From positions 1-64,000 of the forward strand of contig JACPAV010000017.1 of the NCBI GenBank assembly GCA_016180645.1: a DNA stretch of 64,000 nucleotides. The letters run 5' to 3'. The stretch is from Nitrospirota bacterium. Its GTDB lineage: Bacteria; JACPQY01. Shown one piece after another: positions 15,800 to 24,698 of the stretch. The translations under genes and the position numbers were made by a program. The stretch's first letter is position 1. Each line of letters begins with the position of its first letter. The notes under the pieces are model-generated. The model saw only the letters and a list, made by a program, of their open reading frames with translations. It did no database searches and had not been told where the DNA came from.

Positions 15800-17581
15800 T
15801 CAGGGGTTCTTCCGAACGATGAAGTTTTCGAGGACGAGGGCGTCCATTCCGCTTCGGGAGAAGGTGCTGTAGGCTTCGGCGGGGGTGTTGACGATGGGTT
15901 CGCCCCTGAGGTTGTACGAGGTATTGAGGACGATCGGAACTCCCGTAGCCTGGCCGAACCGATCGATCAATTTCCAGTAGCGCGGACTGGCATCTTTGAA
16001 CACGGTCTGGAGCCGTCCCGTGCCGTCCACGTGGGTGACGGCGGGGATGATCTCATGTTTATCTTTTTTTACATCCGTAACGTAGAGCATGTAGCGGGCA
16101 GGATGGTGTTTTTCGACATTCGGGATTTCGAAATACTCGGAGGCTTTCTCGACGAGCACCGAAGGAGCGAACGGGCGATAGGGTTCGCGAAACTTGATCT
16201 TCGTATTGACGATGTCTTTCATGTTCTTCCGGCGAGGATCCGCCAGAATGCTTCGTGCTCCCAAAGCCCGAGGTCCCCACTCGAAGCCGCCGTGGAACCA
16301 ACCGACCACGGAACCCTTCGCCAGATCCGATACCACACGGTCCAGAAGGCCGTTTTCGTCCGCCACATATTCGTATCGGATCCCGGAATCCTCCAGGAAA
16401 CGCTGGATGGCGCTCTCCGAGTGCGATTCGCCCCAGTAGCAATGCTCGAACCTGAATTTCCGCGGCTGATTGAGGATGGAATGATACGCGAAGAGCGCCG
16501 CGCCGAGGGCCCCGCCGGCATCCCCTGCGGCGGGCTGGATGAAAGCTTCCTCGAATCCTGACTGCTGGATGATCTTCCAATTCGCCACGGAGTTGAGTGC
16601 CACCCCCCCCGCCAGGCAGACCTTCTTCAATCCCGTTTCCCTCTGGGCCGCCTTCGCAAGATTGATCACGGACTCTTCGAGGACCGCCTGGATGGAGGCC
16701 GCGATGTCGGCGTAGTACTGCTGAATCTTCGCCAGCTCCGTCATGTTTCCCGGCGGCTCACCGAAGTAGGACGGCCAGCCGGAATCCACGGTGAAGAAAT
16801 GAGAATTGGGATCGCGGGGTTGCCCGAAGAGATCGATGAACTTTTGACTGAAGGTCCGTTTCGTAGAGTGGTGGAATTCAAACCAATCCAGGTCCAGTTC
16901 GAAGGACCCGTCTGAATACAACCTGATCAGCTTCCGCACTTTGTCGGCGTAGTTCGGCTTTCCGTAGGGCGCCATGCCCATCACTTTGTATTCTCCTTCA
17001 TTGACCTCGAATCCGAGGAATGCCGTGAAGGCGGAGTAGAGCAGGCCAAGCGAGTGGGGGAAATGGATTTCCCTCAGGATCTTGATTTCCTGGCCGTGGC
17101 CGATACTCACGCTCGCTGTGGCCCATTCACCCACGCCATCCACCGTGAGGACGGCCGCCTCCTCATAAGGTGACGGGTAGAAAGCCGATGCGGCGTGAGA
17201 GAGGTGGTGCTCGGAAAACAGGAGCTTTGTGGGATCGATACCGAGCTTTCGTCGGAAGAGGTCCTTGATCCACAACTTGTCCATGAGCCACGTGACCATC
17301 GCCTCTCGGAAAACGCCGAGCGACGAGGGGGACGTCCAGAGGATGGTCTTGAGCAGGCGTTCGAACTTGAGGAACGGTTTCTCGTAGAAGACGACGTAGT
17401 CGAGATCGCGCGAGGTCAGCTTTCCCTGCCGAAGCACAAATTCGATGGCCCGTTCGGGGTACCCGAAATCGTGCTTCTTTCGGGAGAATCGCTCCTCCTC
17501 CGCCATGGCGACCGGCAGCCCATCCACGAGCAACGCCGCGGCGGCATCATGGTAGAAGCAGGAGATGCCGAGAATATTCAC
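15800..17581 (-). CDS. Carbamoyltransferase, NodU/CmcH family
   Basis: N-terminal ILGISCFYHDAAAAL and full-length similarity pattern (YRPFAPSVL near the C-terminus) typical of O-carbamoyltransferases. Confidence 0.85.
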   Translation of the reverse strand: MNILGISCFYHDAAAALLVDGLPVAMAEEERFSRKKHDFGYPERAIEFVLRQGKLTSRDLDYVVFYEKPFLKFERLLKTILWTSPSSLGVFREAMVTWLMDKLWIKDLFRRKLGIDPTKLLFSEHHLSHAASAFYPSPYEEAAVLTVDGVGEWATASVSIGHGQEIKILREIHFPHSLGLLYSAFTAFLGFEVNEGEYKVMGMAPYGKPNYADKVRKLIRLYSDGSFELDLDWFEFHHSTKRTFSQKFIDLFGQPRDPNSHFFTVDSGWPSYFGEPPGNMTELAKIQQYYADIAASIQAVLEESVINLAKAAQRETGLKKVCLAGGVALNSVANWKIIQQSGFEEAFIQPAAGDAGGALGAALFAYHSILNQPRKFRFEHCYWGESHSESAIQRFLEDSGIRYEYVADENGLLDRVVSDLAKGSVVGWFHGGFEWGPRALGARSILADPRRKNMKDIVNTKIKFREPYRPFAPSVLVEKASEYFEIPNVEKHHPARYMLYVTDVKKDKHEIIPAVTHVDGTGRLQTVFKDASPRYWKLIDRFGQATGVPIVLNTSYNLRGEPIVNTPAEAYSTFSRSGMDALVLENFIVRKNP

Positions 17582-17606
17582 GTGACCTGGCCGAGAGCCA
17601 TGCGGA

Positions 17607-17834
17607 TCAGAATTGTCGCCGATAGTCAGGTGCCGTTGCCGGGGGCTGCTTGGGGATCCAATTTGACGACTTGGATTTGAGGCGGAGGGGGTCGGACACC
17701 AGCCGATAGAGGAGTCCGGTCGGCAGAATAATCAAGAGGTAGATGAGAGTCAGGACAACTCGGGCATTGAAGTGTCCGATCTTTTCGGCAAGCGTCTTCC
17801 AAAGCGCCCAGGCGCGTTTCAGAGCGTCCAGCAT
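17607..17834 (-). CDS. Small membrane protein (75 aa) upstream of the carbamoyltransferase, SxtJ-like by position
   Basis: One predicted TM helix (VVLTLIYLLIILPTGLLY). Same strand, 23 nt gap to the carbamoyltransferase. Confidence 0.4.
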   Translation of the reverse strand: MLDALKRAWALWKTLAEKIGHFNARVVLTLIYLLIILPTGLLYRLVSDPLRLKSKSSNWIPKQPPATAPDYRRQF

Positions 17835-17844
17835 GGGGCGGAGG

Positions 17845-18081
17845 TCAAAACAGGGTGTAGATGAATGGAGCGACGGCGCTGCTTTGGGCGAAGATCATGA
17901 GGATGCCGAACAGCAGGATGACCGATACCATGGGGATCATCCACCAGAGTTTGTTTTCCCAGAAGAAAGTGAATAACTCCCCAATGATGGAAAATCGGTG
18001 TCGGTTCTTCCAAAGAAAGGCAAGAAGGAAAACGGCGACCAGTCCACCCATTCCCGCAACGAGGTACTTGAAGAAACTCAC
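17845..18081 (-). CDS. Small membrane protein (78 aa), SxtK/DUF5989-like by position
   Basis: Two hydrophobic helices (GGLVAVFLLAFLW, MIPMVSVILLFGILMIFA). Co-directional with the carbamoyltransferase. Confidence 0.4.
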   Translation of the reverse strand: MSFFKYLVAGMGGLVAVFLLAFLWKNRHRFSIIGELFTFFWENKLWWMIPMVSVILLFGILMIFAQSSAVAPFIYTLF

Positions 18082-18139
18082 GTCTTGAATCCTTGGGCCG
18101 GGGCCATGCTAGCTTACATCGTCAGCGTGCTGCAAGCTC

Positions 18140-18898
18140 CTACCCGAGAAGTCCCATCGCGTGGAGGGTCAGGATGAGGGCGATCTGAGTAGCGTACTCG
18201 CTTCGGAAGACATAGGGTCCGAGCGAAGCGCGGCGAAACCCGGCGGCCTCGGAAGCCGTGACATCCTCCTCCGAGAAACCTCCTTCGGGGCCCACGAGGA
18301 GAGCGATCCCATCCCCGACGTTCTTCGACTTCAACACTCCGGCCAGGGGTGGGGCGGATCCTTCCCAGAGAATGATTTTCGCGCATGGGCCCGACATCCG
18401 CGCGATGAGCGCCACAAGGGAAGTGGGGGCCGAGATGAACGGAGGCGTCACACCGGGCGAAATCTTGCACGCTTGGTTGGCGATCCGTTTCCAGCGTGAG
18501 AGTTTCTCGATACCTGGTGCCTGGGCTTGAGCCGCCACCGATCTCGTTGTGACGAATGGATGGATGCCGCGCACGCCCATGGAAGCTGCAAAGCGAATCA
18601 CTTCATCCAATTTGGATCCTTTGAGGAATCCCACACCCAGCTCGATCGCTGCACTTGCGGGCGGAGCTACGGGACCGGGCGAAAGGTCAAGGTGAGCCAC
18701 AGCCCGACGGTGGTCGACGGACCTGATCGTCGCGGTGCGGCTGTGTCCTTGTTCGTCATAGAGACTCACCACTTGTCCCGGTCGGGCGCGCAGCACTTTC
18801 ACGAGATGCCTCCCTTCAGGGCCGACCAGCTTCACCGTTGGGTGGGCAAGTTCGTCTGATGTCAGGAAGAAACGGCGTGGATTCGATCCCGAGGTCAT
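18140..18898 (-). CDS. rsmE: 16S rRNA (uracil1498-N3)-methyltransferase RsmE
   Basis: LLVGPEGGFSEEDV motif and RsmE length and organisation. Confidence 0.8.
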   Translation of the reverse strand: MTSGSNPRRFFLTSDELAHPTVKLVGPEGRHLVKVLRARPGQVVSLYDEQGHSRTATIRSVDHRRAVAHLDLSPGPVAPPASAAIELGVGFLKGSKLDEVIRFAASMGVRGIHPFVTTRSVAAQAQAPGIEKLSRWKRIANQACKISPGVTPPFISAPTSLVALIARMSGPCAKIILWEGSAPPLAGVLKSKNVGDGIALLVGPEGGFSEEDVTASEAAGFRRASLGPYVFRSEYATQIALILTLHAMGLLG

Positions 18899-19632
18899 GG
18901 GCGGAGGAAGTGGAGGAAGAATTCGCGATTGCCCTTGGGGCCGCGGAGAGAGGACTCCACTTGGTCCTTGCAGAAAAGACCGAGACCCTCCGCGTGCGTC
19001 CGGACCTTCTGCACGGCCTCCTGCTGAAGCGCGGCATCCCGAACAACACCCTTCCGATTATCCGCCGGCCGGAGTTCAAATTGTGGCTTGACGAGGATGA
19101 CGGCATGTCCGCTCTTCTTCAGAGTGGGGAGGACCGCGGGCAGCACGCGCGTGACCGAAATGAACGAGACATCCATGGTGAGCAGGTCGACCGGATGAGG
19201 GATCAATTTCAAATCGAAGTACCGTGCGTTGATGCCCTCGATGACCGTAATGCGGGAGTCGCTTCGAAGTGTTGGATCGATGACGTTGCGGCCGACATCC
19301 ACCGCGTAGATGTGTGCTGCTCCGTGCTGCAGGAGGCAGTCGGTGAAGCCGCCGGTCGAACTTCCGACATCCAGGCAGATCCATCCGTTGGGCCGCAGCC
19401 CGAACGCTTCCAAGGCGCCTCGGAGTTTGAGTCCCCCCCGGCTGACATAGGGGTTTGGATCTTCAAGAACCTGGACGGGCGTATCCCTTCCGACCATCAG
19501 CCCGGCTTTCGGCTGTGGGATACCCTCGACCTTCACGACTCCCGCCATGATCAAACTCTGGGCCCGCGATCGGGATGGAGCGAGTCCCTTCTCGACGAGC
19601 AGATTGTCCAGCCGCTCCCGTTTCGCACTCAC
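18895..19632 (-). CDS. tlyA: TlyA-family rRNA 2'-O-methyltransferase (S4 + FtsJ-like domains)
   Basis: N-terminal S4 RLDNLLVEKGLAPSRSRAQSLI, SAM-binding motif LDVGSSTGGFTDCLL. Confidence 0.85.
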   Translation of the reverse strand: MSAKRERLDNLLVEKGLAPSRSRAQSLIMAGVVKVEGIPQPKAGLMVGRDTPVQVLEDPNPYVSRGGLKLRGALEAFGLRPNGWICLDVGSSTGGFTDCLLQHGAAHIYAVDVGRNVIDPTLRSDSRITVIEGINARYFDLKLIPHPVDLLTMDVSFISVTRVLPAVLPTLKKSGHAVILVKPQFELRPADNRKGVVRDAALQQEAVQKVRTHAEGLGLFCKDQVESSLRGPKGNREFFLHFLRP

Positions 19633-21026
19633 CGCACGTAGATCGGATTCGAGTAGATCCAGACAAATTCTTTCTCCGAGAGATTTCGCGAATCGCCGAG
19701 GGCCGGGGCCAAATGGGAGGGAATGATCCGAATTTCAATCCGGTAGATCCCGGGCTGGTCGACCGGCCAGCTCACCTGCCGGCCCGGCCCACCGATATCG
19801 AGCACCGTCTCATGGCCGGCCGGGATGACGCGGAGGAGTCGTGCCCAGACCTCAGGCTGAGGCAAGGAAGAGGTCAACCCAAACACTTGGGGGATACGGA
19901 TGACAAGGTTCGGGGAGTGTGCAAACTCCACCTCGGAACCCATCTCCGTGGTCCCGTCCTCCGACTCCGCATGGAGATCGAATCCCACCGGCACTCCCAG
20001 TCCCTCGAAGGCGACATAGGCGCGTCCATCCTTCAGGGCCGACTTGATCTCATCGACCGTGATCGATTGGACGAGCACGTGGTTGCTGAACCATCCGAGC
20101 ACGCGACGATAGCTGTCCCCTCTCTCGCCGTCCTTCATTTCCGTGGGGATTGCGTTTTGGTGCGCATCGCTTCCGGCGATCGCGGTGACCGGTCGTTCGA
20201 GAAGCAAAGCCTCCCATTTTCCGAGCGCGTTTCGGTTCTCGTCGAAGAAGGCCAGAAACACGAGATCCGGATGGGGCGAGCCCGCGCCCGATCGCAGGAA
20301 GGGCAGGATGTCCGAAAAGAAACCGAGGGGGTCCAGCCCGAGATCCGGCCGGATTTTCGGATCGATATTGGCATGGAGGTTGTAAATCTCCATGCCCTCC
20401 ACGCGTGTTTCGCGCAGGAACTCCAGCGTCTTGGATTCCGTGTGGACTCCCATGACGAGGGCGCCTCTTTCCCTGTAGAGACCGGCAGATTCGGCATCGT
20501 CCCTGTTGTAGCGGGCCTTTCGAGCTTCCGGTGTAGACTCGGCATGTCCGCGCATCCCGATCGGCATCATGTCGAATTCTCCCCCCGCCGCCAGGAAAGG
20601 GTGAAACCCATCGCCGCAGTCGATTCGATTGGCGACAAGGGTCCCATCCTGCATGACCGGTTCGTCGCCTTCTCGCAGGAGATACACGTCCTCCCAATTC
20701 CGGTCGGTGAGGGAGGCGATGTGTTCCGTCAGGAACGCGAAATCCTGCTGGGTGACGCATAGTCCATGTCGAAGGTCCTGGAGGCACGGCTCGTTGGGAA
20801 TGCCCCCGGGCAGGGGATTGTTATCGCACGCATCGTGCGAGTGCACGGAATGGAGGTGAATGATTCCCCGCGCCTCGCGGTACCCGCGGCGTGTCCCGAG
20901 CTCCGCGGCGGCGACCGGTGTGCCCGGCTCCCATGCCGGGGGGGGGGAGGGGTTCGAGCTGCATCCGGCCCATAGGAGGGTCCCCGCCGCGACACGGGCG
21001 AAAGTGTTTCGTCTTCGAGATTCCAC
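19629..21026 (-). CDS. PHP-domain metal-dependent phosphoesterase, probable lipoprotein
   Basis: GIIHLHSVHSHDACDN PHP motif. Candidate GTG start gives a signal peptide with lipobox LWAGC. Confidence 0.55.
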   Translation of the reverse strand: MESRRRNTFARVAAGTLLWAGCSSNPSPPPAWEPGTPVAAAELGTRRGYREARGIIHLHSVHSHDACDNNPLPGGIPNEPCLQDLRHGLCVTQQDFAFLTEHIASLTDRNWEDVYLLREGDEPVMQDGTLVANRIDCGDGFHPFLAAGGEFDMMPIGMRGHAESTPEARKARYNRDDAESAGLYRERGALVMGVHTESKTLEFLRETRVEGMEIYNLHANIDPKIRPDLGLDPLGFFSDILPFLRSGAGSPHPDLVFLAFFDENRNALGKWEALLLERPVTAIAGSDAHQNAIPTEMKDGERGDSYRRVLGWFSNHVLVQSITVDEIKSALKDGRAYVAFEGLGVPVGFDLHAESEDGTTEMGSEVEFAHSPNLVIRIPQVFGLTSSLPQPEVWARLLRVIPAGHETVLDIGGPGRQVSWPVDQPGIYRIEIRIIPSHLAPALGDSRNLSEKEFVWIYSNPIYVR

Positions 21027-21117
21027 GATCGGTATTGTACTACATGGAGGATTCCCTTCCCATGAGGCCGCCGGAAACATTGCTTTTGAGGGTGCGGTGT
21101 GATACCGAAGGGCGACC

Positions 21118-22527
21118 GTGCGTTCCTCGAATTGTGCTCTCCTCATCATCGGCTTGGCACTGCCCATGGCTTTTCCACCCGGTCGGGCGGAGGCGGTAAC
21201 GGCGGATTTCAGCGGCTATTTTCGCTCGCGTGGATTCTTCTTCAGGGACCGCGATATCGACAACGATCGTGGCCCGAACACCACCGCCTTCATCGATCAG
21301 CGGCTAAAGCTCGACACCGAGTTCGCCCTTTCCGACGAAGTGAAAGCCGCGGTTCAACTCGACGTCCTGGACAATCTTGTCTGGGGCATCAATGGACCGG
21401 CATTGGTGGATCTTCCCGATCTGGCGCGTGCGGACCAAGCCGATCGGGAGGCCGGTGTCTCGGATGCTCTCTCCGTTCGCCGCGCGTGGGGCGAAATGGT
21501 TACGCCCCTCGGCGTACTGGTCGCCGGTCGCCAGCCGGTCCACTGGGGTTTGGGCGTATTTTACAACGACGGAAATTGCTTGAACTGCGACTTTGGGGAC
21601 ACCCAGGACCGGGTGTTCTTCTCGACCCGGGTCGGCCCCGTCGTGGTTTCCCCGTACTACGGCAAAGTGATCGAAGGCCGGGTGGAGACGCGCGCGGCCT
21701 CCGGTGTTCTACCCCAGGAGTTTCTGGACGATGGAAAAGTTTCTTTTCGCGACGCGGTGTCCATGGATGCCGATGCGTCCGATCTCGGGGTGGCCGTGCG
21801 GTATCAGCCGAAGGGTTACGAAGCGGGCTTCCTCATGAACGGCCGGTTCCAGCGGGTGAGTCCCTTCAAGGGCCGTCTGGTCATCATGGATGGTTATGGG
21901 AAAGCGGACCTCGCCTTCCTGCGCGCGGAGGGAGAGTTGGTTTTCATCAACGGCCGCGCGAGCAACGCGGCGTTGCCCACGCCGCAGAGGACGCGCGTGA
22001 CGCAGCTCGGGCTGTTCGGCTCGGCGTACTGGAACCGCCCTTACCTGCATTTTGGCGGCCAGTATGGTTTGGCGACCGGACCCGGCAAGGACGAATACGA
22101 TCCGTTCGATCCGGAGCGCTGGTTGGGCCGGCAGCAGAACGAGTTCAAGTTTGATCCCGATTTCAACGTGGACCTCCTGCTTTTCGAGGAGGTCGTGAAT
22201 CGCCGCGAGGTGCGGGAGAATTTCAGGAGCATCGGGGGCGGGCGGGTTCGGAATGCGCATCTGGCCAAGCTCTTCTGGTTCGGCGATTGGAGTTTCGCCA
22301 GACCCCGTGCTAGTATCGAAGCCGGCTTTGCAGCGGACCCCGTTGGGGGCAAGCGTTATCTGGGTGTGGAAGCGGACATGGAGTGCACGTTCAGACTACA
22401 AGGGGGGTTTGAGACCCTGGCCCAGGTGGGCATGCTGATTCCGGGGACCGCGGCCCAGGCCATACTCGAATCCCAGCGAAAAAGTCCGGCCTTCGCAGTT
22501 CGGCTGGGCGGATTTTTCAGGTTCTGA
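21118..22527 (+). CDS. Outer-membrane beta-barrel protein (hypothetical porin-like)
   Basis: N-terminal signal peptide, alternating amphipathic strands, C-terminal aromatic terminus GGFFRF typical of OMPs. Confidence 0.55.
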   Translation: MRSSNCALLIIGLALPMAFPPGRAEAVTADFSGYFRSRGFFFRDRDIDNDRGPNTTAFIDQRLKLDTEFALSDEVKAAVQLDVLDNLVWGINGPALVDLPDLARADQADREAGVSDALSVRRAWGEMVTPLGVLVAGRQPVHWGLGVFYNDGNCLNCDFGDTQDRVFFSTRVGPVVVSPYYGKVIEGRVETRAASGVLPQEFLDDGKVSFRDAVSMDADASDLGVAVRYQPKGYEAGFLMNGRFQRVSPFKGRLVIMDGYGKADLAFLRAEGELVFINGRASNAALPTPQRTRVTQLGLFGSAYWNRPYLHFGGQYGLATGPGKDEYDPFDPERWLGRQQNEFKFDPDFNVDLLLFEEVVNRREVRENFRSIGGGRVRNAHLAKLFWFGDWSFARPRASIEAGFAADPVGGKRYLGVEADMECTFRLQGGFETLAQVGMLIPGTAAQAILESQRKSPAFAVRLGGFFRF

Positions 22528-22542
22528 AAGGACAGGTGCCGG

Positions 22543-23094
22543 GTGGCGGAATCGCAGGAAAAGCCGGGCGAAGGATTCAGAGTCGTCGATCGCCGATACA
22601 AGACTTTTGTGGACGAGGGCAAGTCGTTGGAAGAGGCCCCGAAACCCGCCCCGGCCATGCCTGTTTCGCGTCCCGCTGCCGTGGCCCCGAAATCGGATCC
22701 CGTGTCGGTGGTGCAAGCGGCTGCCCGAACGGAACCGGCGACCTCCAGGATGGGGGAAGTGCCGCGGGAGGGCAGGAGCCCGGAGCGGCCCGCGCAGGCG
22801 CCTGTGCCGTCGTCGGTTCAGACCCCCGGCTACAAGAGATCCCCCGAGATTACATTCGATGGCTTTGTTCGATCGCTCTACACCCAGATCATGATTCAGT
22901 TGGGGCTGGTGGAGAATCCCCTCTCCTCCGAGATGGAGGTTGACGTTGAAGGGGCGAAACAAACCATCGACATTTTGGATCTGCTGAAAGAGAAGACCAA
23001 GGGAAACCTGGCCCGACAGGAGGAGCAAGTGATTACGGAAGCATTGACCGCATCGAGATTGGCCTATGTGGAAACAACCAAGCGCCGCCGATAG
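22543..23094 (+). CDS. DUF1844-like hypothetical protein
   Basis: C-terminal FVRSLYTQIMIQLGLVENPLSSEMEVDVEGAKQTIDILDLLKEKTKGNL resembles the DUF1844 family. Confidence 0.5.
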   Translation: MAESQEKPGEGFRVVDRRYKTFVDEGKSLEEAPKPAPAMPVSRPAAVAPKSDPVSVVQAAARTEPATSRMGEVPREGRSPERPAQAPVPSSVQTPGYKRSPEITFDGFVRSLYTQIMIQLGLVENPLSSEMEVDVEGAKQTIDILDLLKEKTKGNLARQEEQVITEALTASRLAYVETTKRRR

Positions 23095-23098
23095 CCGA

Positions 23099-24682
23099 AT
23101 GCGGCCGGAAGGCAGAGGTTCTCGGCGGGTGGGCCATCGCGCCCTCGTGGGCGCCCTGGTCAGTCTCATTTCGTTCGGCGCCTTTACTTCCTGCAAAGAC
23201 GCCGGATTCCAAAAGGATTTCTGGCCGAAATTCTTGAAACGGGACGGACAGGCGGAACGGCCCTCGTACCTCCCCAAGTCGGAGGCTCGGGCGGAATCGC
23301 CGTCCTCGGGGTCCGCAGCGGCTCTGACACTCCCCGATTTTGTGAAGCTGGCCGAAGCACTCGATCCCTGCGTGGTCAATATCAGCAGCACCACGACTGC
23401 CAAAGGCGGTCGGAAGCAGTTCCGGTTTCAGGTCCCCGAAAACGATCCGTTCCACGATTTCATGGAGCGCTATTTCAACATGCCGGACATGCCGCCTGAA
23501 CAACAGAAATCCCAATCGCTCGGCAGCGGGATCATCATCAGCGAGGAGGGATACATCCTGACCAACAATCACGTGGTCGATGGCGCCGACAAGATCCGCG
23601 TGCGGCGAAGTGACAATGAGAAGGAAGTGGAGGCGATGGTCAAAGGAACGGACCCCAAGACGGACATCGCGCTTCTCAAGATCGAGGGGAACGGGTATTC
23701 GGTTTGTCCGCTCGGGGACTCCACCGGCATGAAAGTGGGCGAATGGGTGATGGCGATCGGCAATCCGTTCGGATTCAGCCATACCGTCACGGTGGGTGTC
23801 GTGAGCGCCTTGGGTCGCCACAATCTGGATCTGTCGGGATCGGCGCCCACCTATCAGAACTTCATCCAGACCGACGCGGCGATCAATCCAGGAAATTCCG
23901 GCGGTCCGCTGATCAACACACACGGCGAAGTCGTCGGATTGAACACCGCCATTTACACCCGGTCGGGCGGAAGCATGGGCATTGGTTTCGCCATCCCCAT
24001 CAACATGGCCAAGCAGGTCATTCCCCAGCTTCGAGAGAAAGGGAAGGTGGTTCGGGCGTGGCTGGGGGTTCTCATCCAGCGCGTGACTCCCGAAATCGCG
24101 GAGAGCCTTGGGTTGGACAGGCCCGAGGGCGCGCTCGTGTCCAAGGTGATGGACGGCAGTCCCGCCGCGAAGGCGGGAATCCAGCGTCAGGATGTCATCG
24201 TCGAGTTTGAGCACGATCGAATCAAGGAGTGGAACGAGCTCCCCAACCGAGTGGCGATGATGGAGGTGGGCAAGAGCGTGTCCGTGCGGGTCGTGCGGAA
24301 CAAGCGCGAGAAGGATTTCCAGGTGAAATTGGCGGAATTGCCGGATGCCGCACCGGTGGCGGCCCCCGAGGAGGGGAAACCCGAATCGATGCTCGGCCTT
24401 CAGGTCGAGCAAATTACGCCCGAGAGCGCTCAGGAGTATGGGTTGGAAGCCGAAGAATCGGGAGTCGGCGTGTTGGAGGTGGAACCGGGCAGTGTGGCCG
24501 ACGAGGCAGGCCTGCGAAAAGGCGACGTGATTGTGGAGGTCGGCCGTCGAGACATCAAGACCGTGTCCGACCTCAAGCGCGCATTCGATGAGGCCCAGAA
24601 ATCGGGCAAACCCGCTTTGGTCCTGGTTCGACGCGGAGAGGCTACGCTCTATCTGACGCTGGAGGCCAGGAAGAAGAAATAG
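23099..24682 (+). CDS. htrA: Periplasmic serine endoprotease DegP/HtrA (trypsin domain + two PDZ)
   Basis: [21 protein letters not shown] catalytic-serine motif, HVVDGAD histidine motif, two PDZ segments. Confidence 0.9.
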   Translation: MRPEGRGSRRVGHRALVGALVSLISFGAFTSCKDAGFQKDFWPKFLKRDGQAERPSYLPKSEARAESPSSGSAAALTLPDFVKLAEALDPCVVNISSTTTAKGGRKQFRFQVPENDPFHDFMERYFNMPDMPPEQQKSQSLGSGIIISEEGYILTNNHVVDGADKIRVRRSDNEKEVEAMVKGTDPKTDIALLKIEGNGYSVCPLGDSTGMKVGEWVMAIGNPFGFSHTVTVGVVSALGRHNLDLSGSAPTYQNFIQTDAAINPGNSGGPLINTHGEVVGLNTAIYTRSGGSMGIGFAIPINMAKQVIPQLREKGKVVRAWLGVLIQRVTPEIAESLGLDRPEGALVSKVMDGSPAAKAGIQRQDVIVEFEHDRIKEWNELPNRVAMMEVGKSVSVRVVRNKREKDFQVKLAELPDAAPVAAPEEGKPESMLGLQVEQITPESAQEYGLEAEESGVGVLEVEPGSVADEAGLRKGDVIVEVGRRDIKTVSDLKRAFDEAQKSGKPALVLVRRGEATLYLTLEARKKK

Positions 24683-24698
24683 TCCGACGCGGGCGACC

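Noticed and set aside
19575-20762. 395 aa plus-strand ORF and several 100-245 aa minus-strand ORFs overlapping the PHP-domain gene
   Set aside because: Alternative frames of a gene with clear PHP motifs. The translations are proline/arginine-rich nonsense.
21099-22154. 351 aa ORF in an alternative plus frame of the outer-membrane protein gene
   Set aside because: The out-of-frame translation is Arg/Gly-rich and has no beta-barrel signature. The 21118 frame carries a signal peptide and a C-terminal aromatic OMP motif.
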